Below are positions 1-14,000 of a DNA stretch of 64,000 nucleotides, piece after piece. The notes beneath the pieces were generated by a model, which worked only from the letters and a program-made list of their open reading frames with translations, had not been told where the DNA came from and did no database searches. Position 1 is the stretch's first letter. Each line of letters opens with the position of its first letter. Made by a program: the position numbers and the translations under genes. Where the stretch lies: positions 157,418,001 through 157,482,000 of the forward strand of contig JBITNC010000001.1 in NCBI GenBank assembly GCA_050084985.1, given 5' to 3'. This DNA comes from Nageia nagi. Taxonomy: Eukaryota; Plantae; Pinophyta.

Positions 1-1515
1 AGCGTTCATCTTGGGTGCAAAAATGTGTTAATTGAGCACTTAAGGTTGGATATCCCTCTTCTAGGGATTTAGGAGTTATTTTTAATTAATTAGGAGTATT
101 TTATTATTTAATTAGGAGTATTGGGCTATTTTCCACCATCGGATGTAAAAATGTAATTAATGACCTCAATCTATGCTCTTAAAGGGCGACGTCTCACTTA
201 TGGGACATAATGAGGCCTTAAGTTGTAATTTGGTGGACCCGATAGGTCATTTATGCTAGACATCTCATCTTAGGAGCTAATGAATGTTTTGTAACCCCAA
301 TGAGGAATAAGGATGTCTAGGTAGCCTTTGAGTGAGAAGCTTCCTATAAATGACCATTAGAGTCTCATTTGAAGATATGCTTGATTATTATTATTTTGTT
401 GGCGTAAGCTCTCTCTCCATTCCTCTTGTGCACTCAAGGAAGGTACTTAAGATCCACGATTCCTCAAGCCTTAGTTGACTGCTACTTTGAGGCCTAGCAT
501 TCCTCAAAGGTCCAACGAATGCTACTTAGTGTCGGGCATTCCATAAGATTATTTTAAGATTGCCAACATTGTTGAGGAGTCTTGGAATCCATCAGGGATT
601 CACTCCAACTATTGTTGTTGAGCTCCACCATTGCTGAGTTTGTGTACACCTCTTTATCTGTTGATGAGGGCTTCCTACCTCTGACATCATACCTTGGGGC
701 ATCCTGAGAGACTTGCATTGCCAGATTTACACTCTTGGAGAGCCTACTACCAAATGTCTATCTTCTTGAGTCAATTTTAGCACATCTGAGGGTTCTTGAA
801 GTGAGATCCAGTTTCCCTGGTTGACACGTCTCATTCTTGGGCACATATTTGCTCTTGAGAGGCTTGTAACTTGTTTCTCTTGGTTAGATTTGTTATTCAG
901 TATTTTAAATATATTTTTCGGCATCATTTCCTTGTGTGTAATTAAGATCTTGCTCTTGGAATTGGACGCGTGCCTTTATGTGATGTAATTTTGAGTATCA
1001 GATTCCTAGGATAATTCATCCTAATTTTAGAATAATTGTGGAGTGATAAGAATTGATTTATGAGCATGATTAGGGCATATTTGAGTTATTTGGAATTTAT
1101 GGAAAATTAAAGAATTAATTCAGTCATTATTTGGGCTATTCCTAGTTTGAGAATATTACAAAATGCCCCCTTCCCATAGATTGTGCAATTTTGATCTTTT
1201 TCGAGAAGTTCCAAGTTTAAATATGCTTGATTTCTCATGCTTCACAACTTGGCATCTTCAATTTTCACATCTGACTTGATAAAAAGTAACTCCATTTTTT
1301 ATAGGCCTTTCCAAGACCCAGAAACCTGTTCTTAAAATGTTTCCTTGAAATTCTGGTTCCTTATTGCTCCAAACCTAGTGGCTTAGCATTCAGAACTGCC
1401 TCAGGACTTTCCTGAGTAGCCTCTGTGTATCATTTCATCATCTGGCTACTTTAAGTCTTTAGAACCATCTTGATCTAGTCATCGCATAGGCAATCTCGTA
1501 TTTTGAGGGGTGTTG
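1..1515 (+). mobile_element. 3' portion of a Gypsy-type LTR, truncated by the window edge; right boundary uncertain (1160 or ~1515)
   Basis: TATA-like cctataaatg at ~344, overall layout similar to other LTRs in the window, candidate ends gaatattaca (1160) and gaggggtgttg (~1515); TSD cannot be checked. Confidence 0.5.
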
Positions 1516-3061
1516 TGCAAGCACAACCGGTAGTAATGTAAAAGGAGAGATATGGTGCCATTGACATTCTTAAAAGACACTATGCAACATTTAAATGTAT
1601 ACACACATTTGCTCCCTTCAGATATGCATCAATCGATAGAAGAGAGTGTAGGCACATATTTTAATAGGAAGACAAAAGGCAGTTGCAAGATAAGCAATTG
1701 TTTAACAAAACAAGGTCTGTGATATAAGAGCAAAGGTTGTTGTGAAATCCATACATTTGGCTATTTGCACCACATTCACATCTGATTCTGGCATCCTGTG
1801 TTAACAATCATATTATTTTAAGTTATCAGCCCACACAGATAGGCAGGAGCTTTTGATGATCAGAAGCCAAGAAACAAGTTACACTTTTGCTCTTGAATTA
1901 AGTTCTCTATCTTGGCAAAGCAAACATTGGCCTATGATTTCTGTCTTCCACGGAGGCTGAGTACAAGGCATTATAAAGTGCAACCTGTAAGGGAGTAGTT
2001 GAAGTTCATCACCAATGGATTTGATAGTTTGTTGATGATGAAGCAAAATCTCTTTTTCTTTCTACAATTCAAAGGGAAAGTAGAGATGTACACTTGGGCA
2101 AAAGATGTTTATGAAATTGAGAGAGAAAACTTGTGGTTTTCTGGTTTGACCATTAAGAGGGTTATTAGACCTAATGACCATGATAAGACTAAACTTGGAG
2201 CAGTTATATACCTAGGAGGAAGGTGTTTGATTTTTGACACACGATCATTTTTGTTTCATGTGTGTCTGTAATGATCCAAACCAGGAAAAAGTATAAATTA
2301 TCCTTTTAATTTCAGAATTTGCAAATGATGCCCTAGTTTATGAATTTAACTTCAAAACCAATTTCATCCATACACTTCCATGCATAAATTGTTTCAGATT
2401 TAAACAATTTATGCCTTAATTTCAGATTTGAAATAAGACTGAAAATTGCATGCAATTACTCCACAAAATTTTGAATTGAGTAACATTCATCTCCATATAC
2501 CAAAACGAACGTATATCAATAACAAGTGGGCAACTATGGCACCCTAGAAGAGGGGTGAGCCTCTTAGGGGCTGAAACAAGTATATGAAAGTACTCAAAAG
2601 TGTGTCCTTGGCTCTCCAAGGCTAGGTGAACCACTTGGAAGGCTGAAGAAGGATGCAAGATGCTCAATCTCGAAAGCTGAATGCTCAATGATGGACGCTC
2701 TACTCCAAGACTCCTGAATGCTCAATTGTGAAAGCTGAAGTATCAATGATGCCTTAGATGAATCCTCTAATGAATGACTTAGGGGTTTTCGTCCCTATGC
2801 CCTTTGAAACCAAGGGGGTATTCGTCCCCAAAGTCTTGTTGTTCTTCGAGTGACACTGAGAGGGGGGGGGTGAATCAGTGTATATAAAAATAATCAATTT
2901 AATCTTCTTAAATAAAGATAGATTAAAAGTCAGAGAAAAATGAGCAAGCACACCAGTACATCACACAACACCAGATGTAACGAGGTTCACCAGATTGGCT
3001 ACATCCCCGAAATTGACTGCTTGGACACCAATCCAAATCCAGCCATTAAAGAAAGCTTACA

Positions 3062-3371
3062 GATTCACAACACCAACTGTGAAGGGTAGCACCAACTACC
3101 ACTCTGAGAATAGCAGCACCTACTGCTTGGAGCACCAACTCCAGCTCTCCAATTCACAGCACCAACTGTGAAGGGTAGCACCAACTACCACTCTGAGCAT
3201 AGCAGCACCTACTGCTTGGAGCACCAACTCCAGCTCTCAAATTCACAGCACCAACTGTGAAGGGTAGCACCAACTACCACTTTGAGCATAGCAGCACCTA
3301 CTGCTTGGAGCACCAACTCCAGCTCTCAAATTCACAGCACCAACTGTGAAGGATAGCACCAACTACCACTT
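3062..3371. repeat. 89-bp tandem repeat, ~3.5 copies
   Basis: Unit starts at 3062, 3151, 3240, 3329 (aattcacagcaccaactgtgaaggg...). Confidence 0.9.
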
Positions 3372-3629
3372 ATCAAGCACCCACTTGAGACAACATTCAA
3401 AAGGGAGGTAAGAATACAGTTCTAGAAGACCCTCAATGGTCTAGCTCTAATGCTCACTGTTCATTCTCTGCACACAGCTCCAAAGTAACACAATTAAACA
3501 ATCACTATACTCTTTGCATATTCGTTTGCTCACTTCACCTTCTCCGGATACTCCCCTCTTCCACGCTATTACCTCCTCTCACGCACTTCTCTACACGCAC
3601 ATCTCATCACACTCTATTGCCTCCACTCC

Positions 3630-3915
3630 GGCACTTCACTCTACACACTTCGGATGCTTCACACTGCACACTTCGGATACTTCACTCTTCACACTTCAGA
3701 TACTTCACTCTGCACACTTCGGATGCTTTACACTGCACACTTCGGATACTTCACTCTTCACACTTCAGATACTTCACTCTGCACACTTCGGATGCTTTAC
3801 ACTGCACACTTCGGATACTTCACTCTTCACACTTCAGATACTTCACTCTGCACACTTCGGATGCTTCACACTACACACAGCGGATTCTTCACACTACACA
3901 CAGCGGATTCTTCAC
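3630..3915. repeat. ~23-bp tandem repeat with 69-bp higher-order unit
   Basis: cacacttcggat(a/g)cttcac variants; give 23-aa repeats in all three + frames. Confidence 0.9.
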
Positions 3916-4310
3916 ACAACACACAGCACTACCTCACTTACACTTCTTTTCTCTCTTTGAGCTGTGCAATCACAACTACCACTCTCCTCGAGCTGTGCAC
4001 TCACAACTATCGCTTCATTAACTTCTCACACTATGTCCTCATTTTTCACACTCCACACACTCCTACTTTTCTCACATTCACTCTTCACCTCATTCCTGTA
4101 ATTAACCGTTACACATCAAGAAAACTCCAAGAAACTGTTCCTATCATTACACGTTATCAAATACAAACTGAAAAGGAATCCTTGTTTGTAACTTCTTCTG
4201 CACCAAAAAGAGTTCACTGTCTGAGTCTGCAACTGCTGTAACTGTCGAACGCTCCTATTGCTCAAACAGATTTGTTCAGACACGTATACCTCTTTCTCCA
4301 CTGATTTCGG

Positions 4311-4620
4311 AGATTTCTGATAATTTCGGACTCTTTTCTTCTTCATAAAGGTATTTCGGATAATTCCGGACTCTTTTCTTCTTCATAATGGTATTTCTGA
4401 TAATTCCGGACTCTTTTCTTCTTCATAAAGGTATTTCGGATAATTCCGGACTCTTTTCTTCTTCATAATGGTATTTCTGATAATTCCGGACTCTTTTCTT
4501 CTTTATAAAGGTATTTCGGATAATTCCGGACTCTTTTCTTCTTCATAATGGTATTTCTGATAATTCCGGACTCTTTTCTTCTTTATAAAGGTATTTCGGA
4601 TAATTCTGGACTCTTTTCTC
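4311..4620. repeat. 40-bp tandem repeat (~7.5 copies) with two alternating variants
   Basis: taattccggactcttttcttcttcataa(a/t)ggtatttc(g/t)ga. Confidence 0.92.
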
Positions 4621-4860
4621 CGCACTTTTATCTTCGCATTTTTGTCTCCGAACTTTTCAACACCTACACCATGATGTCATCATCTCCGGACTCCGGTCTC
4701 CGCACTTTTATCTTCGCACTTTTGTCTCCGGACTTTTCAACACCTACACCATGATGTCATCATCTCCGGACTCCGGTCTTCGCACTTTTATCTTCGCACT
4801 TTTGTCTCCGGACTTTTCAACACCTACACCATGATGTCATCATCTCCGGACTCCGGTCTT
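4621..4860. repeat. 80-bp tandem repeat, 3 copies
   Basis: cgcacttttatcttcgca... at 4621, 4701, 4781. Confidence 0.92.
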
Positions 4861-6295
4861 TACCACAACGTGACTCTCTTATTTTCTGTGACATCATCCT
4901 TTTTAATCCGGAACATTTTACTTCCGGGACATTTATTTTATGGACTCCGTATTGTCAATCTCTCTTTGCCGATCTCATCTCTGCATTCCGGAATGCTTTA
5001 TTCGCTGGCTCCGGCTCTTTGATCACTCTTTGCTGACCTCATCATCTCCAGAAGCCGGTTCTATTCACAAATGTGAACATCATTCTCCCCGTGACGTCAT
5101 CTCTTGCTTCCGGATTGTTTTACTCGCTGGCTCCGGCTCTTTGATCGCTCCTTGCTTACCTCATCACTTTCAGACTCCGGTTTTGAGTGAAGGCCCGAAA
5201 TCGCTGACGTCATCTCTTCCGGAACGCTTTGTTTACTAACCCCGGCTTTACCAAAATCACGTGTTGACAACATTACAATCACTCATCACCTCCGGAACTC
5301 GATCAACATCTTGTTAACAACAATTACAATCACACTTCACCTCCGGAACTCGGTCAAACCTCCGGAACCCGATCAACACCTTGTTGACAACAATTACAAT
5401 CACACTTCACCTCCGGAACCCGGTCAAACCTCCGGAACCTGATCAAAACCTTGTTGACAACAACTACAATCACACATACTCAACAAGTCTCTCTTGTGGG
5501 TTTTCGTCCACAAGAGGGAAGAAGCAATTGCTCCTCAAAGAAGAAGATTTTATGTCTAAGTGATGATTTTCCAATTGGGTGCCCCTTACTTAAATACATG
5601 AAAATGCACAACATTATGACATGGCCGACTTCCTTGGGGATAAAAACATCATCATCATGGCCGACCTGCTCCAGAGATCGATTTTGATCCAATGGAGTCA
5701 TGTGACAACTCGTTTCTTATGTACTTGATGAAATCTATCCAACGGTGAAGTTATTACACCATTTAGAGATCTTGGGAGAACAAGTTACACCTCATTACAT
5801 CAAAGGGTGTATGACAAAGTAAAAAATATCTCAAAAGGCATGTGACAATGCCAAAACTATCAAAAACACTCCTAAGTACTAAAATCACACCTAACTAACA
5901 AAGAGAGAGGGGCACCCTAGTCGAAGCGGCCCAATAAAATATTACAATGCATGAAATGAGTGGGACCCTTAATTTTGGGTCATTACAATGTCTATTAAAA
6001 TGTATCTTATAGTATTTGCATAACCCAAAGGTCACGTCTGAAGGAAAATATTTTTACATGGAACAAATTTGTTTTCATCAGATGATTAAGATCTCTTTGA
6101 ATTCTTTCACTTCACTTCTAATCCCACAAAATGGTAGTTTTGAGATTGCAAAGAATCATTGTTATGGTGGTTTAGTTGAAAGGGGTTTTAATTGTTGCAT
6201 ACCAATGTGATTGTAAAGACTCACCATAAGTTGTTTGTAGCCAAGGTCTTGAAGAGAAAGTAGGATGTTAAGTCTCGTGAACAACTTGGGCTAAC

Positions 6296-6461
6296 AAAAT
6301 GGCTCCTTAGACCAACACTTTCGTTTATTAAGTTTTCAATCTCATAACTATGACACCTCTTGAGAGCCTTTAATAGACAAAATGGCTTCTTAGACCAACA
6401 CCTTTGTTTATTAAGTTTTCAATCTCATAACTATGACACCTCTTGAGAGCCTTTAATAGAC
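6296..6461. repeat. 83-bp tandem duplication
   Basis: aaaatggct..ttagaccaacac...gagagcctttaatagac twice. Confidence 0.85.
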
Positions 6462-7472
6462 TTTTTCTGGCCATTGATACGACAAACTGCAGTACCTTCT
6501 TATTATGAACTAGCCAATAAAAATAACAGAATAATATTCCAATTATATAAAAATAACAGAATTGAAGAGTAATATCACCATGTAATTCTAATTGAAGAGT
6601 AATTTGCAATAGTCAAATCTATAATATTGAATAATATAAGTCCAAAAATGATACCATCCACCACTTTGAGGTGGTGAACCTCCAATAGCCTGGCCAATTC
6701 GAGGTGCAAACTCCAAATATTATAATGAGTAATGAGTATATAATTTTCCAATTATAATAATTAGCATTACATGTGATCCTACTTATATGATATTATTTCT
6801 AATAATGGCATCATCCCACGTAAGGGCCAGATAAAGAGTCATTACACTTAGTATGCTGCAACATCAGCTTCTTACAATAGTCATGAACTAACGGTGGAAG
6901 GCTAAACATTTAGAAGGCTTACAAGGAAATTGACATGAATCATCATTTATTTCTCATTGTATATAGAGAACAGGTTTAATCTTGAGGAATCATGGTCTTA
7001 CAAAGTTTTTTAAAGAGATATTGGAAAACCAATCAAATACCCTTGTTCCACAAAAAGAAATTGGAACTTTCAACTCTACTTTCTACTTTACTAGAAGTGT
7101 ACATAGTGTGGGGCATATACAAGTAATTGGAATGGGTGTCAACATGGCTAGTAGGATGATACATTGATAAGTGACATAATAAGAAAGAAAAATCTATTGA
7201 TGGCCATAGTAAGACTTCGTACACATTTTGCCTCCTATCATAGTATGTGAAATAAATATTTGTCATTACATGCATCAAATGATTTCCTTTTTGAATAGAA
7301 TCTAAAAATATTGAAGAGAGTGAGGTAAGAATTTATATCACAAAGTTAGTGTATATTATGTGTTTTAGAAGGAAGATGTTTTGATTCTAACTTATCATTG
7401 CTTACATCATGAATGTGCATTACGTTTAAATGCCATTTTTTAATCTTGTAAAATATGTCATGTGTTCATCTT

Positions 7473-7548
7473 TATGTCATAAAATCATGTATGTGCCTAT
7501 GTCATAAAATCATGTATGTGCCTATGTCATAAAATCATGTATGTGCCT
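7473..7548. repeat. 25-bp tandem repeat x3
   Basis: tatgtcataaaatcatgtatgtgcc x3. Confidence 0.9.
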
Positions 7549-7990
7549 TATATGATAGTATATGCTTATTTAGCATGCTTCTTTAATCTACAATGCATAT
7601 ATTTCTATAATGTGAACCATTTGTGTGCATTGTATATTTTCGTATCAATGGTTGTACTTCCATGCAGGTGTATTATCCACGTTAATTCATCTTGTATGTC
7701 AGGTTTGTGTTGTTTTCCATGTCAACTCCACATTATACACTTTCCTGGCTTTGTCTCAGGAGCTTGTCTGCACTCATTTAATCATTTCTCTATGACCAAA
7801 TATTCTTGCCAATTCTAATGATGTGGACTGGGTCTGTTAAATATCCTCTAACCGGTTTTCTTTTTCTTAGTTCTATATGTTAATTGGGTTTCTTTCTATA
7901 TTGATTAGAGAAACTGGTCACATGTTTAATGAATTGTCAAAACATAAAGCTTGCTAAATAATATTGATGGAGTTGCATTTTACTGTTCAG

Positions 7991-8029
7991 GATGGAAAGT
8001 TCATGGTTGGATGTCAAAATTATCCCCAT
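7991..8029 (+). CDS. TOP3A: TOP3A exon (DGKFMVGCQNYPH)
   Basis: ttcag acceptor, gtaagt donor, 39 nt, phase 0/0. Confidence 0.9.
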
Positions 8030-11000
8030 GTAAGTATCTTCTCTTATTAAATAAATTCTTTATATATCCTCTAGTTTTTTTTTGTTATATCCTAGGTACA
8101 AATAATCTAGGATTTGAGTAACCGGGAAGAGGACCTGTTAAATTATTCAGTCTATAGAAAACATATTTTTAAGAGCCATCCAGAAGTTAGTGATCTATTG
8201 TTTGAGGCACTTGAAAAGGGTAAGATAAATACATCATTTTGCAAGGCTTAGAAAACATAAGCATCTAATTCACATGCTTTATGCATTTACTAATTTTTAT
8301 TGTTTTAGCAACCAATTAATATTTCATTAACAATTCATTTGTTGCCAATATGCATCAATAAATGTTATATTCCATTTCATGCCTAATTCTTAGAGACAAT
8401 TGTATCTCTTAATTCCATTGGCCTACCTAAGTCACCTGTGAACATCAATAAAGATTCATTTTATTAATTTGTTGCATTTTACTGGTTGTAGTCTTTTACA
8501 TGAAGCACCTGAACTGTGAACACAATATCCTTATTTGTCACTGCTCCGTAAAGTTCTGGACAGAATATCCTATATATAAATAAGGGGTTCTCATTATTAG
8601 GAATCAATTTGCCTTGAATTTCACCATGTATTGGTATTGATTTTTTGCAGTGTAGAAATGTTGTATGGTTGCCTGGAGCAATATCTGAGGCATCAGTTAC
8701 CAATCAATCATGCAACTCTTGCATGCCAGGTATTTTCGTTGAAGTTCATTTCTTTTATTTTGAATCATAGATACTTTGAGAAGACAGAGTTTCAACACAG
8801 TTTATCAAAGGATAAGACTTTTCTCTATACCTTCTTGCAGGCCCTGTTTTCAAAATTCAGTTTAAGTTTCGACGACTGGAAATACCAGCCCAGTATAGTA
8901 CAGAGCATTTGGGTAAAATTGCTTCCATCAGATCACAGAACGTTTTTCATTTAACTTTCTTAGTTTTAACATTTGCGGGAAATGTATGTTCACTATAAGG
9001 TTTGGTATTTCAAGTCTTTCTACATTATATGCTCTGATTGAAATTGAAGTAGAGTGTGTTGTAATGGTCTAAGCAACCACTCATACGAGTGAATGTTCTA
9101 TTATTCAGATGATATATGTCTAAAACACTAAAAGACTATAAGTGTCAACTCTTTCTTTATGTTGATCTGATCTGAGTACCTTGATTTTAAAATATCATTT
9201 GAAACCGTTGGAGAAATGTAAAATCCCTCTTGAAAAGATTTTATCCAACATACTATTATGGTGCTTCATTGATGGGTATGAAATTCTTAGTATATGAATC
9301 TTACATTGTTTTGTTTGAAATCTTTTATATTTGTTCAACTCTGTAAGGCTGAGGATTTTTTGGGTTTTTATTTCTACATCATTAGTTTTAGTGGTTTTGA
9401 AATCATGATCCTTTTGTTTCGTGCATCATTTGGTGAACTTGAGTTTATGCTTAGAAAATGCAATTATTATTTCTTTGATTCGTTCATGCTTCCTGTTTTT
9501 GTTGACCACACATTGCTATTACGAAAACTGAACACACAAAGAAACAAAGAATTCTAAAGAGAAAACTTAGAAGTAGAAAGTACTTAATTATTAAAAAAAA
9601 GAAGAGCAAACATCTCTTTATTGGAATACAGCATTGTAATCCTAAAACGTAAACCCTAAAATAACTAAAGTATACTGTTACATTGGCAAATTTATTATAA
9701 AAAGTTCATCAAGTGCCTATGACTATCCAAAACTAATAAATGACCATTATAAAAATATGATGCTGAGGTAACAGAGAGCACTAATATCCTCTCTTAATGC
9801 TAATCTGGAAAATACGCCAAGTTTATCTGAAAATTTGACAAACTTATCTGGACCGAGAGACTTGGTTAGAATATCTGCAGTCTGGTCTTGAGTAACATAA
9901 TATTAAAGTTCCACTACTTTGTCTTCTACCAGTTGTCAAATTAAACGATAATAAATATTGACATGCTTGGTGCGTTTATGAAAGATAGGATTCTTGGCTA
10001 GCTCAAGAACTCCCTGGTTATCACAAAACTGAACTGTAGACTCTGTTTGAACAACTTGTAAATCTGCAAGTCCTCTTCTAAGCGAAGTGGCTTCACAAGT
10101 CCCTTTAAGTGTTGCTTGGTACTCTGCTTCTGTAAAAGATAGAGATAGTGCATGTTTTCAAATGAAATGATAATATTAAAGTTCCACTACCTTGTCTTTG
10201 ACCAATTTTTAAATGAAATGATAATAATAATTCGACATGCTTGGTGCGTTTATGAAAGATAAGATTCTTGGCTAGCTTAAGAACTCCCTGGTTATCACAA
10301 AACTGTAGACTCTGTTTGATCAACTTGTAAATCTGCAAGTACTCTTTTTTTGTAAAAGAAAGAGATAGTGTATGTTGTTTCTTGCTGACAGAAGAAAGTA
10401 ACCACTCCTGTTCTAAGATTGAACACATAACTTGATGTGGACTTTCTGTCATCCATGGATCCAGCCCAATTCGTGTCTGAATAGCTGCTCAACTGAAGCT
10501 CTTTGCTTTACGATATAGAATGCCAAAGTCTAATGTTCTTTTCACATATATTAGCACCCTCTTTGCTGCTTTCCAGTTTTAGTCCATGGGAGTAGTCATA
10601 AAATGGAAGATATAGCTGACTGCATAGCTCAAATTAAGCTTAATGGCTGTAAGATTAATTAAGCTGCCAACAATTGCCTGCAGATTGATTCATTGGCTAT
10701 CTTTGAATCAGTCTTGGCTGAAAATTTCAGCCCTTGCTGCATGATTATTGATGAAATTTTACTATCTGCCATTCTGAACCTGTCCAACAAACCCTTGGCA
10801 TATTTTGATTGAAAGAGTAAAATATGACTATTACTTTGCCAAACCTCTACACCTAAACATTAATGTAGGAGTCCTAGATCTATCGTATCAAAAGCATGTA
10901 TAAATCTGATTTTACTTGTTCAATTGCTTTGACCTCACTACCTGTAATGATGATATCATCAACATAAACAACTAGAATTACCAAATCACCATCCGTGATT

Positions 11001-14000
11001 TTGATGTAGAGGTTGGGATCCGAGGGACTTATCTTGTAACATCCCCTTTGATTAAAAATAAATAAATTTGGAATCCTAGAGATTCCCTTTTGTAAATATT
11101 TTATTTATTTATCTATTTGTTGTTAGTTACTTGGGATAGAAATATAATGGTCCATTGGACCGATGTTGCGAGCCCATGTGGAACATTTTTCTCCCAAGCT
11201 TAGGATGTGTTATTTTATTAGTCATTAATGCACTTGGAGATCCTAAACTGATTGTGGGAATCCCAAGCCTCATGTAACATCCAAAATAACATAATGCACA
11301 CCTAGAACCCAACGATGGGCTTGAGCACTTGCACCAGCCTTGGGGAGGCTTCTAGACCACCACGTTGGCCCATGTTAACATTCCAGCACCCACACATGAC
11401 TCCTAGACCCACATTGGCATGCGTGGCACCTTGGAACCCCACTTTGGCATTTATGGCTTCTAGGAACCTAGGTTGGGCATGCATGACCCCTAGGCACCCT
11501 CGTTGGAGATCTTGGGCTTCCAGAAGGCTAATGTTGAGATTGGGGGGTTGGGGATGACTCTCAGGTGATATCCAGATCCACTGATGTGTTATATAAGGCA
11601 AAGGAGCCTCATTATAGAGATAGATTTGATTTGATATTGAAACCCTCTTTTACTATTCAATACTTGGCGGCATCAAGCACCCTTGGGCATGTAGACCAAG
11701 AAGAATCCAAGAGGCTTGGAACACTTTTTAACTAACAGTTGAGGTGAGTGTTCGTGTTGTGAGATTGCCCTACCTTGATGTGTCCACAACCAGTCTGCAC
11801 CTTTGAATCCATTCGGTGGCATTCTAGAACTACAGTCGATCTCTTCACCGGGAGCTAGCCTATGAGGGAGCCCTTTAATGTGGCATCCACATCTGGTAGA
11901 GTGTGGTTGTTCTACAGTTGTTTCGGCAACAATATCCATCTCTGCACAACAATGTGTCCTAGTTGGCTCCTTGGAGGCCAACGTTGAGCCCTCTTGGTCT
12001 TGGTATTGGATCAATCTCAACATTTATCATTAATACAACTGTGTCACATTGGATCTTCATTATTTGTCTCACATTGTTATGTGTTTGATATGTTCATGCT
12101 TCCTTGTATGCAACATTGAGTAGTTTTAGTGTGATTGTGCTAGTGGAGTGAGTGGTTTGCATTTCTATCTCATTGTTGTAAATGTTTGATGCCCTAGATA
12201 ATTTCGTGGCATGCCTAGGAGCATAATTTGACATTTATTCCATATTTGCTTGGCTAATTTCCATGTTGAGTATAATTTGGGATTTTACAGTGGTATTAGA
12301 GCTTGGATCTTGCCAACCTGTGAATAAGAGTTGCAGTTCATAGCTATTACACCAGATCTAGCACCAGAAGAGAAATGGCTTCAGCTAATAAAGGGGGAAA
12401 AGGTGTGTTGCAAGAGGAAACCCCAACCAGATCTACCCAAAATGATGCTCACAACCCTTGGATGGAGGACATCTAGGACGGAGAGCACTATGGAGAAGGT
12501 AATTCGGCCAGGAGAGGGAGATCCTCATCGTCCAGAAGAAGGAGAAGCCCTACACTAGCCAGGGAACCCACGCTAGAGAGGAAATTTAATGAGCTCCTAA
12601 TGGAAATGAAGAATATGATTGAGGTGGTGCAGAATTAGAAGGCCAAATTTGATGCTTGGTTCTAGAGGAGAGAATCCCCAAGAAGAAACATGAGGAGTCT
12701 CAGCCCCCCACATTCTATTTCGGATGAGGAAGACTAACCAAGAGAAAAGGACAAAAATAAGAGAGAGCCTAGTCTGAGGAGATTGCACAACTTGAGGGAT
12801 AGGGGATCCACTCATCATGGATCCATGAGTCACCAAGAGCATGCATTCATGAGATCCCACTCTCATATAGCACCACGTGGGACCAACCCACTCTTGGGGA
12901 GATTCCTAGAGGAGGACGTTGGAAAGATAGGACAACCGCCAATCATTCCCAAGCCGTCCAAGCTGATGGTTGCCAAAAAATATTCAAATGAGGTAAAAAG
13001 TTGGGCCCCAAACCCTCTTGAATTAAATCAAATTTTTTAGAGATTATTCTATGCTTGATTTAGAGTTGAGGAAGAACATGAATTTTAATAGCTACTTGGA
13101 GATTCTGGGATTGAAAGGAAGTAGTTCTCATGGAACACACTCTCAAGGGGATTTGTGGGGTGACAAAAGGGAGTTGCAACAAAAAATTAATAAAATGCAT
13201 TGATGTATGATGGGAAGAAGATGACGGCCAGGGCTTGGCTCCATCAACTCCAAACATATTTCACCTTAAGCCCTAATATGGTCGAAGATGATGCAATCCA
13301 TTTTGCATCGTTGCATTTTGAGGGTGATGGTCTTGAATGGTGGCAGCATGGGGTAATTAGCCAAGATTACTCTCATATTTCTTCTTTTGATGAGTTTGCT
13401 AGGAGATTAGTAAAGCGATTTGATAGGAACAAGGAGAATGATTATTTTATGGAGCTCACATCCTTGAGACAACTAGGAATAGTGGATGATTTTGTTTGAG
13501 TTTCAGAAGATAGCAGTAATGATCCACAACATTTTGGAAGAAAGGCTGACTTTCATCTTTGTAGAGGGATTGATGGATCCCTTGCAAAATGGTGAAGATA
13601 TCAAGGCCAAAAACCCTTGATGATGCAATAAAGGTAGCCTATGATTTGGAGCCTACCATGACCACCCTCAAAAGTGCACAAACGCACAAGGGGCAGACCC
13701 TGAGGAAACCGACAATAGAGAAAGAGGTGATTGGCAAGCTCAAACCCTTCCTCACCCCTAGGACAAGCCAGATGGATGCGGCCACTAGGAGGAAGTTGAG
13801 GGAAGAGGGTAAATGTTTTCACTACAAAAAGCCATGGGAACCAAGACACCGTTGTCAAGGTAAGGGGCAGGTACACTACATTGAGGTTCTTTTGATGAGG
13901 ATGATGGTTCAGATTTGGAGCTTGGTTTAGACATGTTGGAGCAGGTAGAAACACCCAAGGCATAAGCATCTCTTGGGAGCATGATTTCTTTTCTCAATGG

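Larger units (their letters stand above)
2837..5485 (-). mobile_element. Solo LTR, 2649 bp, Copia SIRE-like, packed with tandem arrays
   Basis: tgttg...caaca termini; perfect TSD agtct (2832-2836 and 5486-5490); terminal motif ctgagaggggggggggtgaatcag typical of SIRE-type LTR ends. Confidence 0.85.
2267..5987 (-). mobile_element. Solo LTR (~1.07 kb net) interrupted by a second solo LTR
   Basis: Termini tgtaatgatccaaa ... ttttgggtcattaca (inverted TG..CA ends); flanks gtgtc/atgtc form a 5-bp TSD with 1 mismatch. Confidence 0.75.

Noticed and set aside
3514-4241. Three overlapping His/Thr-rich ORFs (134-195 aa)
   Set aside because: Produced by a stop-free 23/69-bp tandem array inside an LTR; all three frames are open and there is no domain signal
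3062-4860. Regular repeats that might be read as CRISPR arrays
   Set aside because: Contiguous tandem units with no unique spacers, eukaryotic context, no cas genes
1516-7990. Search for further upstream TOP3A exons
   Set aside because: No GT-AG-bounded segment with recognisable TOP3A peptide found by eye; a very short exon could have been missed
11302-12023. ORFs of 80-116 aa that recur at 17259 and 33659
   Set aside because: They lie within LTR copies; recurrence reflects LTR homology and the frames are not conserved
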